Source: Bacillota bacterium (GTDB lineage Bacteria > Bacillota > Bacilli > Paenibacillales > Paenibacillaceae). From it: a stretch of 64,000 nucleotides of DNA. The notes under the pieces were generated by a model, which was given only the letters and a program-made list of their open reading frames with translations, ran no database searches and was not told the DNA's origin. Both the position numbers and the translations under genes were made by a program. The first letter of the stretch is position 1. The number at the start of each line of letters is the position of its first letter. This document shows, piece after piece, positions 31,285-41,394 of this stretch. Location of the stretch: positions 7,921 to 71,920 of the forward strand of contig JBNJJW010000023.1 of NCBI GenBank assembly GCA_051750645.1, given 5' to 3'.

Positions 31285-31300
31285 TTCTGTACGTACATTT
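31285..31300. promoter_or_regulatory. AraR operator
   Basis: TTCTGTACGTACATTT matches the Bacillus AraR box (TGTACGTACA core). Confidence 0.85.
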
Positions 31301-31452
31301 GTCAATATAGTCTAATAGTTATACTAACATAAGTTGCTGTACCCTCCTTATTCGTCTGAGCATGGAGTTTTCCTAAGGACAAGCATGGAACTTGTACCAT
31401 TGGAATCGTAAATAATGTTATTGCATTTGCATTTCATGCAACTCATGCTAAA

Positions 31453-31468
31453 ATGTGTACGTACAACT
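31453..31468. promoter_or_regulatory. AraR operator (autoregulation)
   Basis: TGTACGTACA core at 31456-31465. Confidence 0.85.
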
Positions 31469-31499
31469 TTTTCGAACAACGATGAAAGAAGTGGATTGC

Positions 31500-32591
31500 A
31501 TGAAGCCAAAGTACCAGCTCATTATTGAAGATATCAAAAGTTATATCCTCTCTGGAACGTACAAAGCAGGCGAGAAAATCCCTTCGGAGCACGTTTTGGA
31601 GGAAAGCTACAACGTTAGCCGGCAGACGGTTCGAAAGGCCATTCTAGAGTTATCGAACGAGGGGTTCCTGCGAAGCGAGCGGGGATCCGGTACATACGTC
31701 AGCAACCAATATCGGTCCAGAACAGGTGCAAAAACCATGAATAAAACGATCGGCGTCATCACGACCTATATATCGGATTACATCTTCCCCTCCATTATCC
31801 GCGGCATTGAAAGCCGGCTAAATGAAGATAACTATTCATTGCTGCTAGCCAGTACAAATAATGATATCTCCCAGGAAAAAAAGGCGTTGGAAATGATGCT
31901 ATCCTACGGCGTGGATGGACTGATTGTAGAACCTACCAGAAGCAGTGTATACAACCCCAATATCGCTTACTACCTGTCTTTTAAGGAGCAGGAGGTTCCG
32001 TTCGCGATGATCAATGCCTATTATGAAGAGTTGGAAGTTCCTTTCTTCTGTCTGGATGACGTGCAGTCCAGCTATCTCGCAACCCGGGAGCTGATTACCA
32101 AAGGACATACCCAGATCGGCATCATCGCGAAAATGGATGATTTGCAAGGGAAGTATAGAATGAAGGGATTTATCAAGGCCCTTGGGGAAGCCAAATTACG
32201 GTTCCAGCAAGAGCATGTGCTTTCTTTCGATACATCGGCAAAGTCGGACCTGTCCGCTAACTTGGAAGTGTATCTGAACGACAATCGGGATGAATTGACT
32301 GCGCTTGTGTGTTACAACGACGAGGTAGGCTTGGAAGTCGTACATGTCTGCAGAAAACTGGGAATTTCCATTCCGGACGAGCTATCCATCATTGGCCAGG
32401 ACAATTCATATATCGCCAAAAACGCGAATATCAAACTAACGACGCTGACGCACCCCCAAGAACAAATGGGACGCGACGCAGCTGACTGGGTCATTAAGAA
32501 TTTACAAGGCAAAAAAGACTTGCCCACCAAAACCTACTACCAGCCCGTATTAATTGAGGGCGAAACAGTAAAAGCGATCGAAGTGGAATAG
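31500..32591 (+). CDS. araR: Arabinose repressor (GntR HTH + LacI-type sensor)
   Basis: MKPKYQ...VSRQTVRKA...GSGTYV; ISDYIFPSII; divergent from araBDA. Confidence 0.95.
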   Translation: MKPKYQLIIEDIKSYILSGTYKAGEKIPSEHVLEESYNVSRQTVRKAILELSNEGFLRSERGSGTYVSNQYRSRTGAKTMNKTIGVITTYISDYIFPSIIRGIESRLNEDNYSLLLASTNNDISQEKKALEMMLSYGVDGLIVEPTRSSVYNPNIAYYLSFKEQEVPFAMINAYYEELEVPFFCLDDVQSSYLATRELITKGHTQIGIIAKMDDLQGKYRMKGFIKALGEAKLRFQQEHVLSFDTSAKSDLSANLEVYLNDNRDELTALVCYNDEVGLEVVHVCRKLGISIPDELSIIGQDNSYIAKNANIKLTTLTHPQEQMGRDAADWVIKNLQGKKDLPTKTYYQPVLIEGETVKAIEVE

Positions 32592-32620
32592 TCATGGTCT
32601 AACAGCTAATTTTAGCGTCA

Positions 32621-33000
32621 TCAATACGGCAACTGAATAATAAACCGGGTTCCCTGATTAAGATTACTTTCAACTTCAATTGTGCCCTGGTGAGAGAGGA
32701 CATATTGTTTGGCAATCGCAAGACCTAATCCTGTCCCGCCGCTATCTCTTGTGCGTGCTTCGTCGATTGTTCTCATTCAGAATTCGAAAGGATATGATTC
32801 CTTGACTATTTGAATACTTGATTGCATTCGTAAGCAAAATAATAAGAACCTGTTTGATTCGATTAGCATCTACGCATAATGTGGTTTGTTGAGTAAGAAC
32901 CTCCAATTGAATCGAAATATCCTTTTCTTCGGCGAGGGGCTCGATGGCTAAGCGGAGCTGATAAGCTCGATCTGCAATGTCAGCAGCCGCTTTATTTAAT
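32621..33000 (-). pseudogene. Sensor histidine kinase C-terminal (HATPase) remnant
   Basis: IEPLAEEKDI...NRIKQVLIILLTNAIKYS and, in another frame, DEARTRDSGGTGLGLAIAKQYV...GTRFIIQLPY-stop. Confidence 0.8.
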
Positions 33001-33024
33001 CTTAGTTTTCCCGCTTCTGCTATA

Positions 33025-33348
33025 GACAAGGTTCCTCTACATGCCGATCCCTTTACACCTGAGGGTTCTTCTGCGCTGCACTCCAAGATCTTCGCTCGTT
33101 CCATGGTCTTCGCCGGGGCAGTCGTGGCTCGGCTCCCTCTTATCCCCTTCGGGTTCACTTTCACGATGCGGTAGGATTCATTTTCATTTACGGCTTGCAG
33201 ATTTGCTTCACCGCGCAGAGCGCGACTTTTCACAGGGCTTCAACCGCCGGATTTCGCCGACGTCTGCCTGCTAGCTACGGGGCGGCTTGGTCCCTAACCC
33301 GACTGAACTTGCATCAGTAAGTTGTGCCTAGCTTGGCTAGGCGCGCAC
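33025..33348 (-). mobile_element. Group II intron 5' portion (domain I), truncated
   Basis: Begins GTGCG at 33348 on the minus strand; homologous to 2265-2560; candidate EBS1 loop GCC-ACGACUGCCCC-GGC. Confidence 0.78.
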
Positions 33349-33395
33349 TGCCCGTTAGCGGGGAAAAGGCAGCCGATGATATTGGCTGCCTCTTG
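33349..33395. repeat. Half of a paired-site element interrupted by the intron
   Basis: TGCCCGTTAGCGGGGAAAAGGCAGCCG..GGCTGCC matches 10043 and 60943; the CTATCC part is replaced by intron sequence. Confidence 0.8.
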
Positions 33396-33480
33396 ATATT
33401 CACTTATGTCGCGTTTTATGCTTGATCAAGTACTCCCGTTGTCTCTTGAGATGCCAAATGAAAATCATCTCAGTGTGGTA

Positions 33481-33600
33481 CTAGGTACAGACTTGAGTAT
33501 CCTCGTCATCCGGGTGCGGAGTCGATTGTTCAAACTCCGGGAATTTCCTCTCCTCTATTTCAGGGATATCAGCCTGTGGAATTTCACGAATATCATCCAT
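33481..33600 (-). CDS. Candidate 39-aa acidic micropeptide
   Basis: GGAGG RBS 7 nt upstream; MDDIREIPQADIPEIERRKFPEFEQSTPHPDDEDTQVCT. Confidence 0.4.
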   Translation of the reverse strand: MDDIREIPQADIPEIEERKFPEFEQSTPHPDDEDTQVCT

Positions 33601-33722
33601 TTTCTTAATCCTCCATATATACATCTTTTATTTAACGCTCGGCCTATATATTGTTTGTGAATTTTTTCAATTATATACGTACGATCCTACTACGCATGAG
33701 TGCTGCGGCTGCCAGTCAAAAA

Positions 33723-33795
33723 TAATGTAGGATCGGCTATGATTACATGTTCTTGTCCTAATACGGCTAAGGATATATGTTCTTGTCCTCCGACA
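33723..33795. repeat. REP/REPIN-like element, short copy D
   Basis: GGATCGGCTATG.TTACATGTTCTTGTCCTAATACGGCTAAGGATATATGTTCTTGTCC, nearly identical to 2101-2159. Confidence 0.85.
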
Positions 33796-34086
33796 TCTCT
33801 GATGTCTAATAACACAAACATACCCTTAATTTTGACACAAACGTTGTCGCTCCAGCTGGTATCCACCCCGCCAACATTCGTTCTTCGGACTGGATATTTC
33901 TCATGCCATGAATTCGACTTGGGCCACGCTGGTTATGGGCTTTCCGACTTATATCAACTAAAGCAATCGAGCAACTGTTGGCCGGGATTCGAGGGAGTAC
34001 AGGCAAAAAAAGAATGACACCCTTTTCCATTTAATGTGGAAAGAATGTCACTCTTTTTGCCGTGGTGCCGTTAACACCTATTCATT

Positions 34087-35244
34087 TTAATACACATCAC
34101 GTTGATAACGTCCTTGAGCTTGTATATCATTGAGATAAGCTTCCGCTGCTTCGCGGCTCATCGCACCTTCTTTTTCAATAACTTCGATAAGCGCGTTGTG
34201 GACATCTTTCGCCATATATTGCTTATCTCCGCAAACATAGAAGCAAGCTCCGTTTTCCAGCCATTCAAACAATTCCTTGCTGTTTTCAAGCATTTTATGC
34301 TGCACATAAACTTTTTGTGCCGTATCACGGGAGAACGCAGTTTCTATTCTTGTTAAGACCCCATCTTTTTGATATTGTTCCAACTCGTTCTGATAAAGGA
34401 AATCCGATGCCGCATGCTGGTCTCCAAAAAATAGCCATGCTCTGCCCGTTGCTTTAGTTACCGCACGTTCCTGGATAAAGGAACGGAACGGTGCAATGCC
34501 TGTCCCCGGACCAACCATAATAATATCTGTATCTTGAGACGCCGGCAAATGGAAGTGTTTATTAGGTTGAATAAATACGGGAAGCGTGTCTCCTTCTTTA
34601 AGACGTTCGGCAACTAAAACCGAACAAACGCCTTTACGTTCACGTCCGTGAGCCTTGTAGCGCATAGCACCGATGGTTAGATGCACTTCCTCGGGATTAG
34701 CGGCAATGCTGCTTGCAATTGAATAGAGACGCGGCGTCAATTTTCTTAAAAGAGACACCATTTCTTGGGCAGAAGCGTTCCATGGCCCGAAATCGCGCAG
34801 CAAATCAAGCAAGTCACGCCCGTAGATATATTCTTTCAGTTGGTTTGCATTTTCATTTAATAAAAGCTTGCTCAACTCTTCATTCTCGGTAAGTTCCACC
34901 GCTTGCTGTAAAATCTTTTTCGATAGCAGTGTAATTTCAAAGTAGGTTGTCAGCGCTTCTTTTAACGGAAGTGTATCGCCTTCCTGATTAATTGTTACTA
35001 ACGTTTCTTCGTCCCATTTCATTTCCTCAAACAGAGAAGCTACCAGTTCCGGATCATTATTCGGGATAATACCAAGAGCATCTCCTGGGACGTAGGAAAG
35101 GCTTGATCCTTTTAACGATAACTCAAGATGTCTTGTTTCTTTATTGGAGTCAGCTCCATTTAAATTTACATTTTTAATAACCTTCGCGTGAAATGGATTT
35201 TTTCTTGAGAATGTTGTTGCCGACTGATTTTCTGTAACTAGCAT
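34087..35244 (-). CDS. CysJ/P450-reductase-like FAD/NADPH oxidoreductase lacking the flavodoxin domain
   Basis: RLYSIASS, MVGPGTGIAPFRSF, FYVCGD, YQRDVY; starts at SRKNPF with no FMN domain. Confidence 0.88.
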   Translation of the reverse strand: MLVTENQSATTFSRKNPFHAKVIKNVNLNGADSNKETRHLELSLKGSSLSYVPGDALGIIPNNDPELVASLFEEMKWDEETLVTINQEGDTLPLKEALTTYFEITLLSKKILQQAVELTENEELSKLLLNENANQLKEYIYGRDLLDLLRDFGPWNASAQEMVSLLRKLTPRLYSIASSIAANPEEVHLTIGAMRYKAHGRERKGVCSVLVAERLKEGDTLPVFIQPNKHFHLPASQDTDIIMVGPGTGIAPFRSFIQERAVTKATGRAWLFFGDQHAASDFLYQNELEQYQKDGVLTRIETAFSRDTAQKVYVQHKMLENSKELFEWLENGACFYVCGDKQYMAKDVHNALIEVIEKEGAMSREAAEAYLNDIQAQGRYQRDVY

Positions 35245-35292
35245 ATTTCTCCCCCCAAAATACTAGGATAAAAAGTCTGATGCCGGCGACAA

Positions 35293-35638
<346 letters not shown>

Positions 35639-35685
35639 TCTAGTTACCTGATGATGAAAGAGTTTAATACCACTGTTCCGTATAG

Positions 35686-36477
35686 TTAACTCTTGGTTTG
35701 AGCCAGCATTTTATCAACGGTTTTGCTCATCTGATTTAAAATAAACTGAGGTGCAACACGACTCATGAACTTCAGCGCACTGCTTTGGCCCGGCAGGATC
35801 TCAAAGCGATCCTTTTCCAAACCCTTGATTACGTACCTAACCATCTTACCGGCATCCATTGGCTTTACGCCTTTGATCTCGTCGCCATCAAAAGCTTCAA
35901 GTAAAGGGGTCTGAACAGCTGGAGGCGCCAATTCAAACACTTTAATATTAGTATATTTTAGCTGCATTCGCAGTGATTGTGTAAATGAATGAATACCGGC
36001 TTTCGTCGCACAATATACTGGCGATACCGGATAAGGAACAAATGCAAGTCCGGATGAGACATTCATAATCGCAGCGGACTTCTTAGCCTTTAAATGCGAT
36101 AAGAATTGTTTCACCATACGGATCGAACCGCTGAGGTTAATTTCAATCTCGCTATTGATATCCTCTAAGTCAACCTCTTTGGTATGAAGATTTAATGCAC
36201 GCATAACCCCAGCGTTATTGATCAGAAAATTCAGTTCTGGAAATTGACTGATTACTTTTTCAAAAAGGTCGGAAATGGCCTTTGGATCGCTTACATCACA
36301 CTGAAATGTGTGAACGTTTGGCAGTTTCTTTTTGGCTAGATCCAGTTTGGACTGATCCCGCCCGGTAATAATTACGGTGTTCCCAAGCTGAAGGAGCTGC
36401 GTGGCAAGCTCGAATCCAATCCCGGATGTTCCACCCGTTATAAGAATTGTGTTGGAATCCATTTTCATAAAAATCAA
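35686..36477 (-). CDS. Short-chain dehydrogenase/reductase (DltE-like)
   Basis: TGGTSGIG, NNAG, YCATK. Confidence 0.93.
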   Translation of the reverse strand: MIFMKMDSNTILITGGTSGIGFELATQLLQLGNTVIITGRDQSKLDLAKKKLPNVHTFQCDVSDPKAISDLFEKVISQFPELNFLINNAGVMRALNLHTKEVDLEDINSEIEINLSGSIRMVKQFLSHLKAKKSAAIMNVSSGLAFVPYPVSPVYCATKAGIHSFTQSLRMQLKYTNIKVFELAPPAVQTPLLEAFDGDEIKGVKPMDAGKMVRYVIKGLEKDRFEILPGQSSALKFMSRVAPQFILNQMSKTVDKMLAQTKS

Positions 36478-36531
36478 TCCTTTCTCTATAAATGATTTAT
36501 ATAGCGGCTTTGCATGCTTTACACACTCTTA

Positions 36532-37875
36532 TTAGGCAAAGCATTTCTCAAAGCTCATTAACAATTTGGGGTTCCCTTTGATCCGCAGTTTTCTTGTCAA
36601 CAATGCCGCAGCCGCATTTTTTTCCTTCGCCACGATCTTAAGCCACGTTTTGCTATCCACCGTAATCCGAATATCCGGCTTGCCGTGAAAACCGTCCCTA
36701 ATCTGGAGCTTATTGTCACGAATGTCGATTGTCGTTTGTCTCGTTTCATCTCCGGTGAATGTAAAATGATAGGTGCTGTTTAAACCCGTTGCCTGTTTCG
36801 GCTGGAATGCATGAGGCATCAGGGTGATCAAAAGGCGGATCGTATTCGGCCTGAGTCCATTCCCGACGCGTTTTACCGTTTTATGGGGAAAACGTTTCGC
36901 GACATACGCTTCCGCATCGGAGCCAGGGGTTACATACACCGTCTCCTCTTTGGCCTGCAACGGCTTTAATACATCATTCATGAACCTTTTACGGTCTTTC
37001 AGAAACGGCCCGATCACATCATCGCCCGCCGGACAAACCGATAAGCAATAAGCCGCTTTGTAGTTAGCCCCGAAACTCAAACTTTGCCACCAGGAAGTCG
37101 TTTCGGTTAGCGGTACTTCATTCCGGTACTCTTTGACGTTCTTGCTGTCCACGACCGTTTCCACAAAGTCGCTGAAACCGCCCATAAACTCACGATAATT
37201 GTGCGTAGCGCATGAAGAAAAATTAAATTGTCCGTCCGCACCGATCGCGCCCACAGGGCAGGCAGATACGCAAAGCTTGCATTCCAAACACGGGTTGTAG
37301 TCAATCGGCCGGTCTTCCTTGTTGACCCGGGCATCCATCATAACGGCGCCAAGCAGAATGAAGTTTCCGAATTTCGGATGAATCACGTTGCGATGGATGC
37401 CCATATGGCCTAACCCTGCAGCAACGGCAACAGGCTTGAGCGAAACGACCCAGGTCTTGCCGGGAAACTTATCCATCTCCATCGGGAAACCCATTGCTGC
37501 ATTTAAAGCCCGTATCCCTCGTGCTTCCAATGCAGACACGATGTGATGGGCTGTCTCCGCTACCTTATCGCCGGTATGATGAAATTCAATATTGGCAAGG
37601 GATCGCGCTGGTGTGCGGATCGGTTCTCGATTCATTCTGGCAACGAAACTGATCATCGTCTTAGCATGCGGAAATGCGGACAGAATGTCATCACGCTGAT
37701 CATCCAATTCGGAGCGTTCAATGGATATAACCCCGACATCGTCAGCTCCGGCCTCAAGACACAATTCACGTATCCACTCATAATCAACCGTCTCGTTGTT
37801 AAGAGTGGCGGATTGCGCAGAGGATTCGTAGTAACGCACAACTGTGGGATGTTTTTTCATATCGGCCACTTTCAT
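36532..37875 (-). CDS. QueG/reductive-dehalogenase-like Fe-S protein fused to an SCP2 sterol-carrier domain
   Basis: AVAAGLG..G...HPKFG, CLECKLCVSACP, YCLSVCP; C-terminal SCP2 pattern (YHFTFTG...PDIRITVD..TW...KLRIKGN). Confidence 0.8.
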   Translation of the reverse strand: MKVADMKKHPTVVRYYESSAQSATLNNETVDYEWIRELCLEAGADDVGVISIERSELDDQRDDILSAFPHAKTMISFVARMNREPIRTPARSLANIEFHHTGDKVAETAHHIVSALEARGIRALNAAMGFPMEMDKFPGKTWVVSLKPVAVAAGLGHMGIHRNVIHPKFGNFILLGAVMMDARVNKEDRPIDYNPCLECKLCVSACPVGAIGADGQFNFSSCATHNYREFMGGFSDFVETVVDSKNVKEYRNEVPLTETTSWWQSLSFGANYKAAYCLSVCPAGDDVIGPFLKDRKRFMNDVLKPLQAKEETVYVTPGSDAEAYVAKRFPHKTVKRVGNGLRPNTIRLLITLMPHAFQPKQATGLNSTYHFTFTGDETRQTTIDIRDNKLQIRDGFHGKPDIRITVDSKTWLKIVAKEKNAAAALLTRKLRIKGNPKLLMSFEKCFA

Positions 37876-37922
37876 CTATCCTTTCTCATTAAGTGTATAT
37901 ACACCTTTTCGGTGAAAAAAAA

Positions 37923-38405
37923 TTAATCTCGCTTGTTAAGCTTAACGATATCAGACAAATGACCAAGCAAACCTTTATAAGGGTCATCGCCCATATAGTC
38001 TCGAATACGGATTTGTGCCTGTTCCCATAACGGCAGCGCACGCTTAAGAAGGTCCCGGCCGTCGGGTGTCAGAGCAATAAATCGTTTCCTGCGATCCTCC
38101 CCTTCCGTGATCGACACCCATCCCTGTCTCTCAAGCGGCTTGAGATCCCGTGGCAATGTGGTCCTATCCATCAGAAGTATTTCGGAGAGAGTTGTGACGG
38201 TGACAGACCCGGCCTGTTCAAGTGCCATAAGGACAGACAATTGGGTTGCCCGAAGCCCGACTGGTCTTAAATATTCATCATATAAACTGGTAATGAACCG
38301 GGACGCTTTTCTTAAATTCAAGCAAGCGCACTCTGCTGTATAATCGGTCGCCCCTGAAAAATCTGAAGTTGAATTATTTTCTCTCATAAATATGAGTATA
38401 TACAC
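37923..38405 (-). CDS. MarR-family regulator
   Basis: CACLNLRKASR, MDRTTL.R.LKPL...GEDRR. Confidence 0.92.
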   Translation of the reverse strand: MYILIFMRENNSTSDFSGATDYTAECACLNLRKASRFITSLYDEYLRPVGLRATQLSVLMALEQAGSVTVTTLSEILLMDRTTLPRDLKPLERQGWVSITEGEDRRKRFIALTPDGRDLLKRALPLWEQAQIRIRDYMGDDPYKGLLGHLSDIVKLNKRD

Positions 38406-38437
38406 ATATTATATCGATGTCAATCTTTATAATCATC

Positions 38438-38656
38438 TTAAATATGGCTTACCTCTGCTAAAAAAACCATATCGAACTTGCCTTCTTCCGTTGCTGTTAA
38501 ACCATCTGTCCCGGATGCTCTGCCTAAGCCTAGATCAACTCTTCCGGGATGAAGAGCTTCAAGCAGGGTAAAGTTTTCTACCACTTTCAATGGACTATGA
38601 TTGGGCAGCATAATTCCTCCAGAACCAGCACGATTGGATATCAGTTGGTCAAACAA
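38438..38656 (-). pseudogene. Luciferase-like (LLM) monooxygenase internal fragment
   Basis: [36 protein letters not shown]; no N- or C-terminus. Confidence 0.75.
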
Positions 38657-38738
38657 TTAGCTTTGAAATGGACCCTTCCATATTGTTACACATTATATGA
38701 TGTGTATTTTCGATCATCAAATATAAGTGCCAATCTGG

Positions 38739-38833
38739 TTGCGTTATCCTGCCCGTTATCGTAATGAAGCAGCCGATCATTGTGTTCGGCTGCTTCCGTG
38801 TTTTTATTGGACTATCGTACCCGTTTAGCTTAA
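38739..38833. repeat. Complete paired-site element with hairpin
   Basis: GCGTTATCCTGCCCGTTATCG - GAAGCAGCCG..CGGCTGCTTC - TTGGACTATCGTACCCGTTTAGCTTAA. Confidence 0.85.
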
Positions 38834-39150
38834 CGAGCTCAAACCTGAACGGTTACACCGTATCGGGATAACGTCCGCATTTAACTCTCAGCTCAATGAT
38901 TGTCGGTAAGAATTATCTCTGTTTTCGTTCCGTACGCGGAAAAAATCCCTTCCCTTCTAACGGAAACGAAATCTTCAATTCGTAAGTGCCGGAGTGCTGG
39001 CTCAAGCCCCGATTTGCCCATTGTTTGCTTATGTCGGCGGGCAAAATGCCACATCCAACCCGGAAACCATGGATAAGCAACACAGTCCGAAGGCAATCAT
39101 AGAGAAAGCCACGTACAGAGTATAAACGCTGCTTTGTTACTGCTCACAAA

Positions 39151-40008
39151 TCAATGCGATGTAACACCGTTCAAAAAGTTCAAGGTCCGTGAAAACGCAT
39201 CGCGAGCATAATTAACCTCATACGTCGGGTTTGTATCGTTGAAGAATGCGTGTTTTGCATTTGGGTACACCACAGCTTCGAAAGATTTGCCATGCTTCTT
39301 CATTTCTTCTTCGAAACCAGGCACCAAATTGGTAATATTCAGATCTTGACCTCCATAGAAGCCGAGTATAGGGCACTGTATGTTGCCAATGTCTTGTTGC
39401 GGCGGACGGCCGTAAAATACAATGGAACCGGCGTGTTGCGGGTCCTGTATCGCTAACACAGCTGACAGAGCGCCACCCATGCAGAAGCCGACGGAAGTAA
39501 TCGGCATGCCTTTCGTTTTCTCAAATGTGTTACGTGCGTATGCAGCCGTGTCGGTCAAAATCCCGACTAAGCGTCCGAATTGCGTAGGGTTAAGCAGACC
39601 AAACAACGCATTAAGCGTCGCACGGAGAGGTTCCTGCCGTTCAGAAGGCTGGTTCAAGATCGCCGTTTCCCGCTCATGCGGATTGAACCATGCTGTATGA
39701 GGAATTGAATGAAGGAACGCTTTCGCTTCGTCCAGCCGTTCTTGTTGAATCGCCTCGGGCCGAACTCCGTTCTCGGCAAACAAATCGGGAGCGATGGCGA
39801 CATAACCGGCAGCCGCAAACCGCCGTGCGACATCTTGTATATGTTCTTCAACACCCCAAATTTCCTGAAGGATTAACACGGCTGGCCGCGGTTCATTTAC
39901 AGGCTCCATTGAAGCAAAGTAAGCGCTGCAGTTTCCTGTCTCACCGGCGAACGTTTTCCATTCTGTATGTACTGTCATAGTCACACACCTCTCCGAGTTA
40001 TTGAACAA
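39151..40008 (-). CDS. Dienelactone hydrolase family protein
   Basis: LQEIWGV, GFCMGG, YPNAKHAFFND. Confidence 0.92.
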   Translation of the reverse strand: MFNNSERCVTMTVHTEWKTFAGETGNCSAYFASMEPVNEPRPAVLILQEIWGVEEHIQDVARRFAAAGYVAIAPDLFAENGVRPEAIQQERLDEAKAFLHSIPHTAWFNPHERETAILNQPSERQEPLRATLNALFGLLNPTQFGRLVGILTDTAAYARNTFEKTKGMPITSVGFCMGGALSAVLAIQDPQHAGSIVFYGRPPQQDIGNIQCPILGFYGGQDLNITNLVPGFEEEMKKHGKSFEAVVYPNAKHAFFNDTNPTYEVNYARDAFSRTLNFLNGVTSH

Positions 40009-40300
40009 TTCAGACCTTTAGCGGAGGAAATGAATTAATAGCTAGTAGGAGCTTTACCAGTCAGCACTTGAAAAGCCAAAGAAGGGTGAGCATATTCCCC
40101 TCTAGCCGAGGCAGTATCATACTAATGCATTGAAGGCTGCATTCAAGGCTGGAATTCAGCATATTGTTTACATGTCGTTCTTTAACCCAGAGCCGGGTAC
40201 GGCCAAGTTTGGTGTCATTCTTTTCAAACTCTTGATCTAATGTTTTTTCGGACTACCAGATATTCGACTGTTTGGCGCTTATGGGATCGAGAAACTTAGT

Positions 40301-40798
40301 TCATTGGGCTTCCTCGTCGGCCGAGGGACCGTAGATGCCCGGCACCGGAATATCGAGAAGCCGCAAGTATACCCCGAGCTGCGCCCGGTGGTGGACCATG
40401 TGGCTTAATCCGAAGGTGCGGAGCGCGATCGCCCGCGGCTCGCGGAGGATGATATGGTCGCCGTGACGCAGCGTCCATTCCTCGCCGAGCGTTTTCTCAT
40501 CGCATTCGGCGAGCAACTTTTCAAACTTGCCGACGTTCGTGTCGAACTCCTCCAGAACGTCAGCGCGTTTTTCCAAAGGCGCCCGCCGCAGCGGCACGGT
40601 CGAAAGATCGAACTCCGGGTACTGAAGAATCGCAATTTGCCAGTTCAGCAGGTTGATCAGGTGCGTGGCCAGCCCGCCGAGCGTCATCGATTTCTCGTGC
40701 GGCTTCCACGACATATGCTCCTCTGGCAAGCGTTCCAGAATGCGGCGCGTAGTGGCCAGTTCATGCGTTGCGTCGCCGACGATCAGTTGTTTGACCAT
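40301..40798 (-). CDS. DinB/YfiT-family protein
   Basis: WKPHEKSMTLG.LA.H, HMVHHRAQL..YLRLL..PVP. Confidence 0.9.
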   Translation of the reverse strand: MVKQLIVGDATHELATTRRILERLPEEHMSWKPHEKSMTLGGLATHLINLLNWQIAILQYPEFDLSTVPLRRAPLEKRADVLEEFDTNVGKFEKLLAECDEKTLGEEWTLRHGDHIILREPRAIALRTFGLSHMVHHRAQLGVYLRLLDIPVPGIYGPSADEEAQ

Positions 40799-41394
40799 AA
40801 ATTCCTCTCCTCCCTTATGGTTTAGCATAAAATAAATTCCAGTCGAGTGACTCTCTGATTAACCGACTATGATAATGCGCTATTCTGCCGGAGAGCTGAA
40901 CAAGGGTATGCCTTCTCACTCCATAATTGTTCCCATCAAACGTGCCTGTAAAGTTTTCAATCGGTATCCAACGGGTAATGAACATATTGATAAATCATAT
41001 GGCCGTCTTTACGGATCCGCATATACATGTGTACGTAATCCAACCTGGCCCAATAAAGCAGTTACACTTACTACTATTACCAAAATCAATTTTAACTTCA
41101 TAATTCCCCCCTCAAAGCTATGTTTGAGACGTGGGTTAATACTACTCCGAAACTATGATACATTATGTATACTACAAAATATGTAAAAATTTGTCGTGTT
41201 AAAATAATCTCTTTTTAATGCCTCGGTTTTACTTGGCTGCTTTACAGCTGCGTGACGCGCTCACGCAAGCACCCACCGTCATCATTTAGGGATATAAAAC
41301 AAAAAAGCTTGATTTCTCAAGCTTTCGCCAATTCAATTATGTCCCCGCCTATTTGTCGTTAGACATCGATTTCATTTATTTCTAATCGAATATC

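Noticed and set aside
32742-33233. 163-aa ORF as a real gene
   Set aside because: Chimera of translated intron RNA and a histidine-kinase fragment
33806-34030. Possible cysI fragment downstream of the cysJ-like gene
   Set aside because: No sulfite-reductase hemoprotein motifs found in the frames checked
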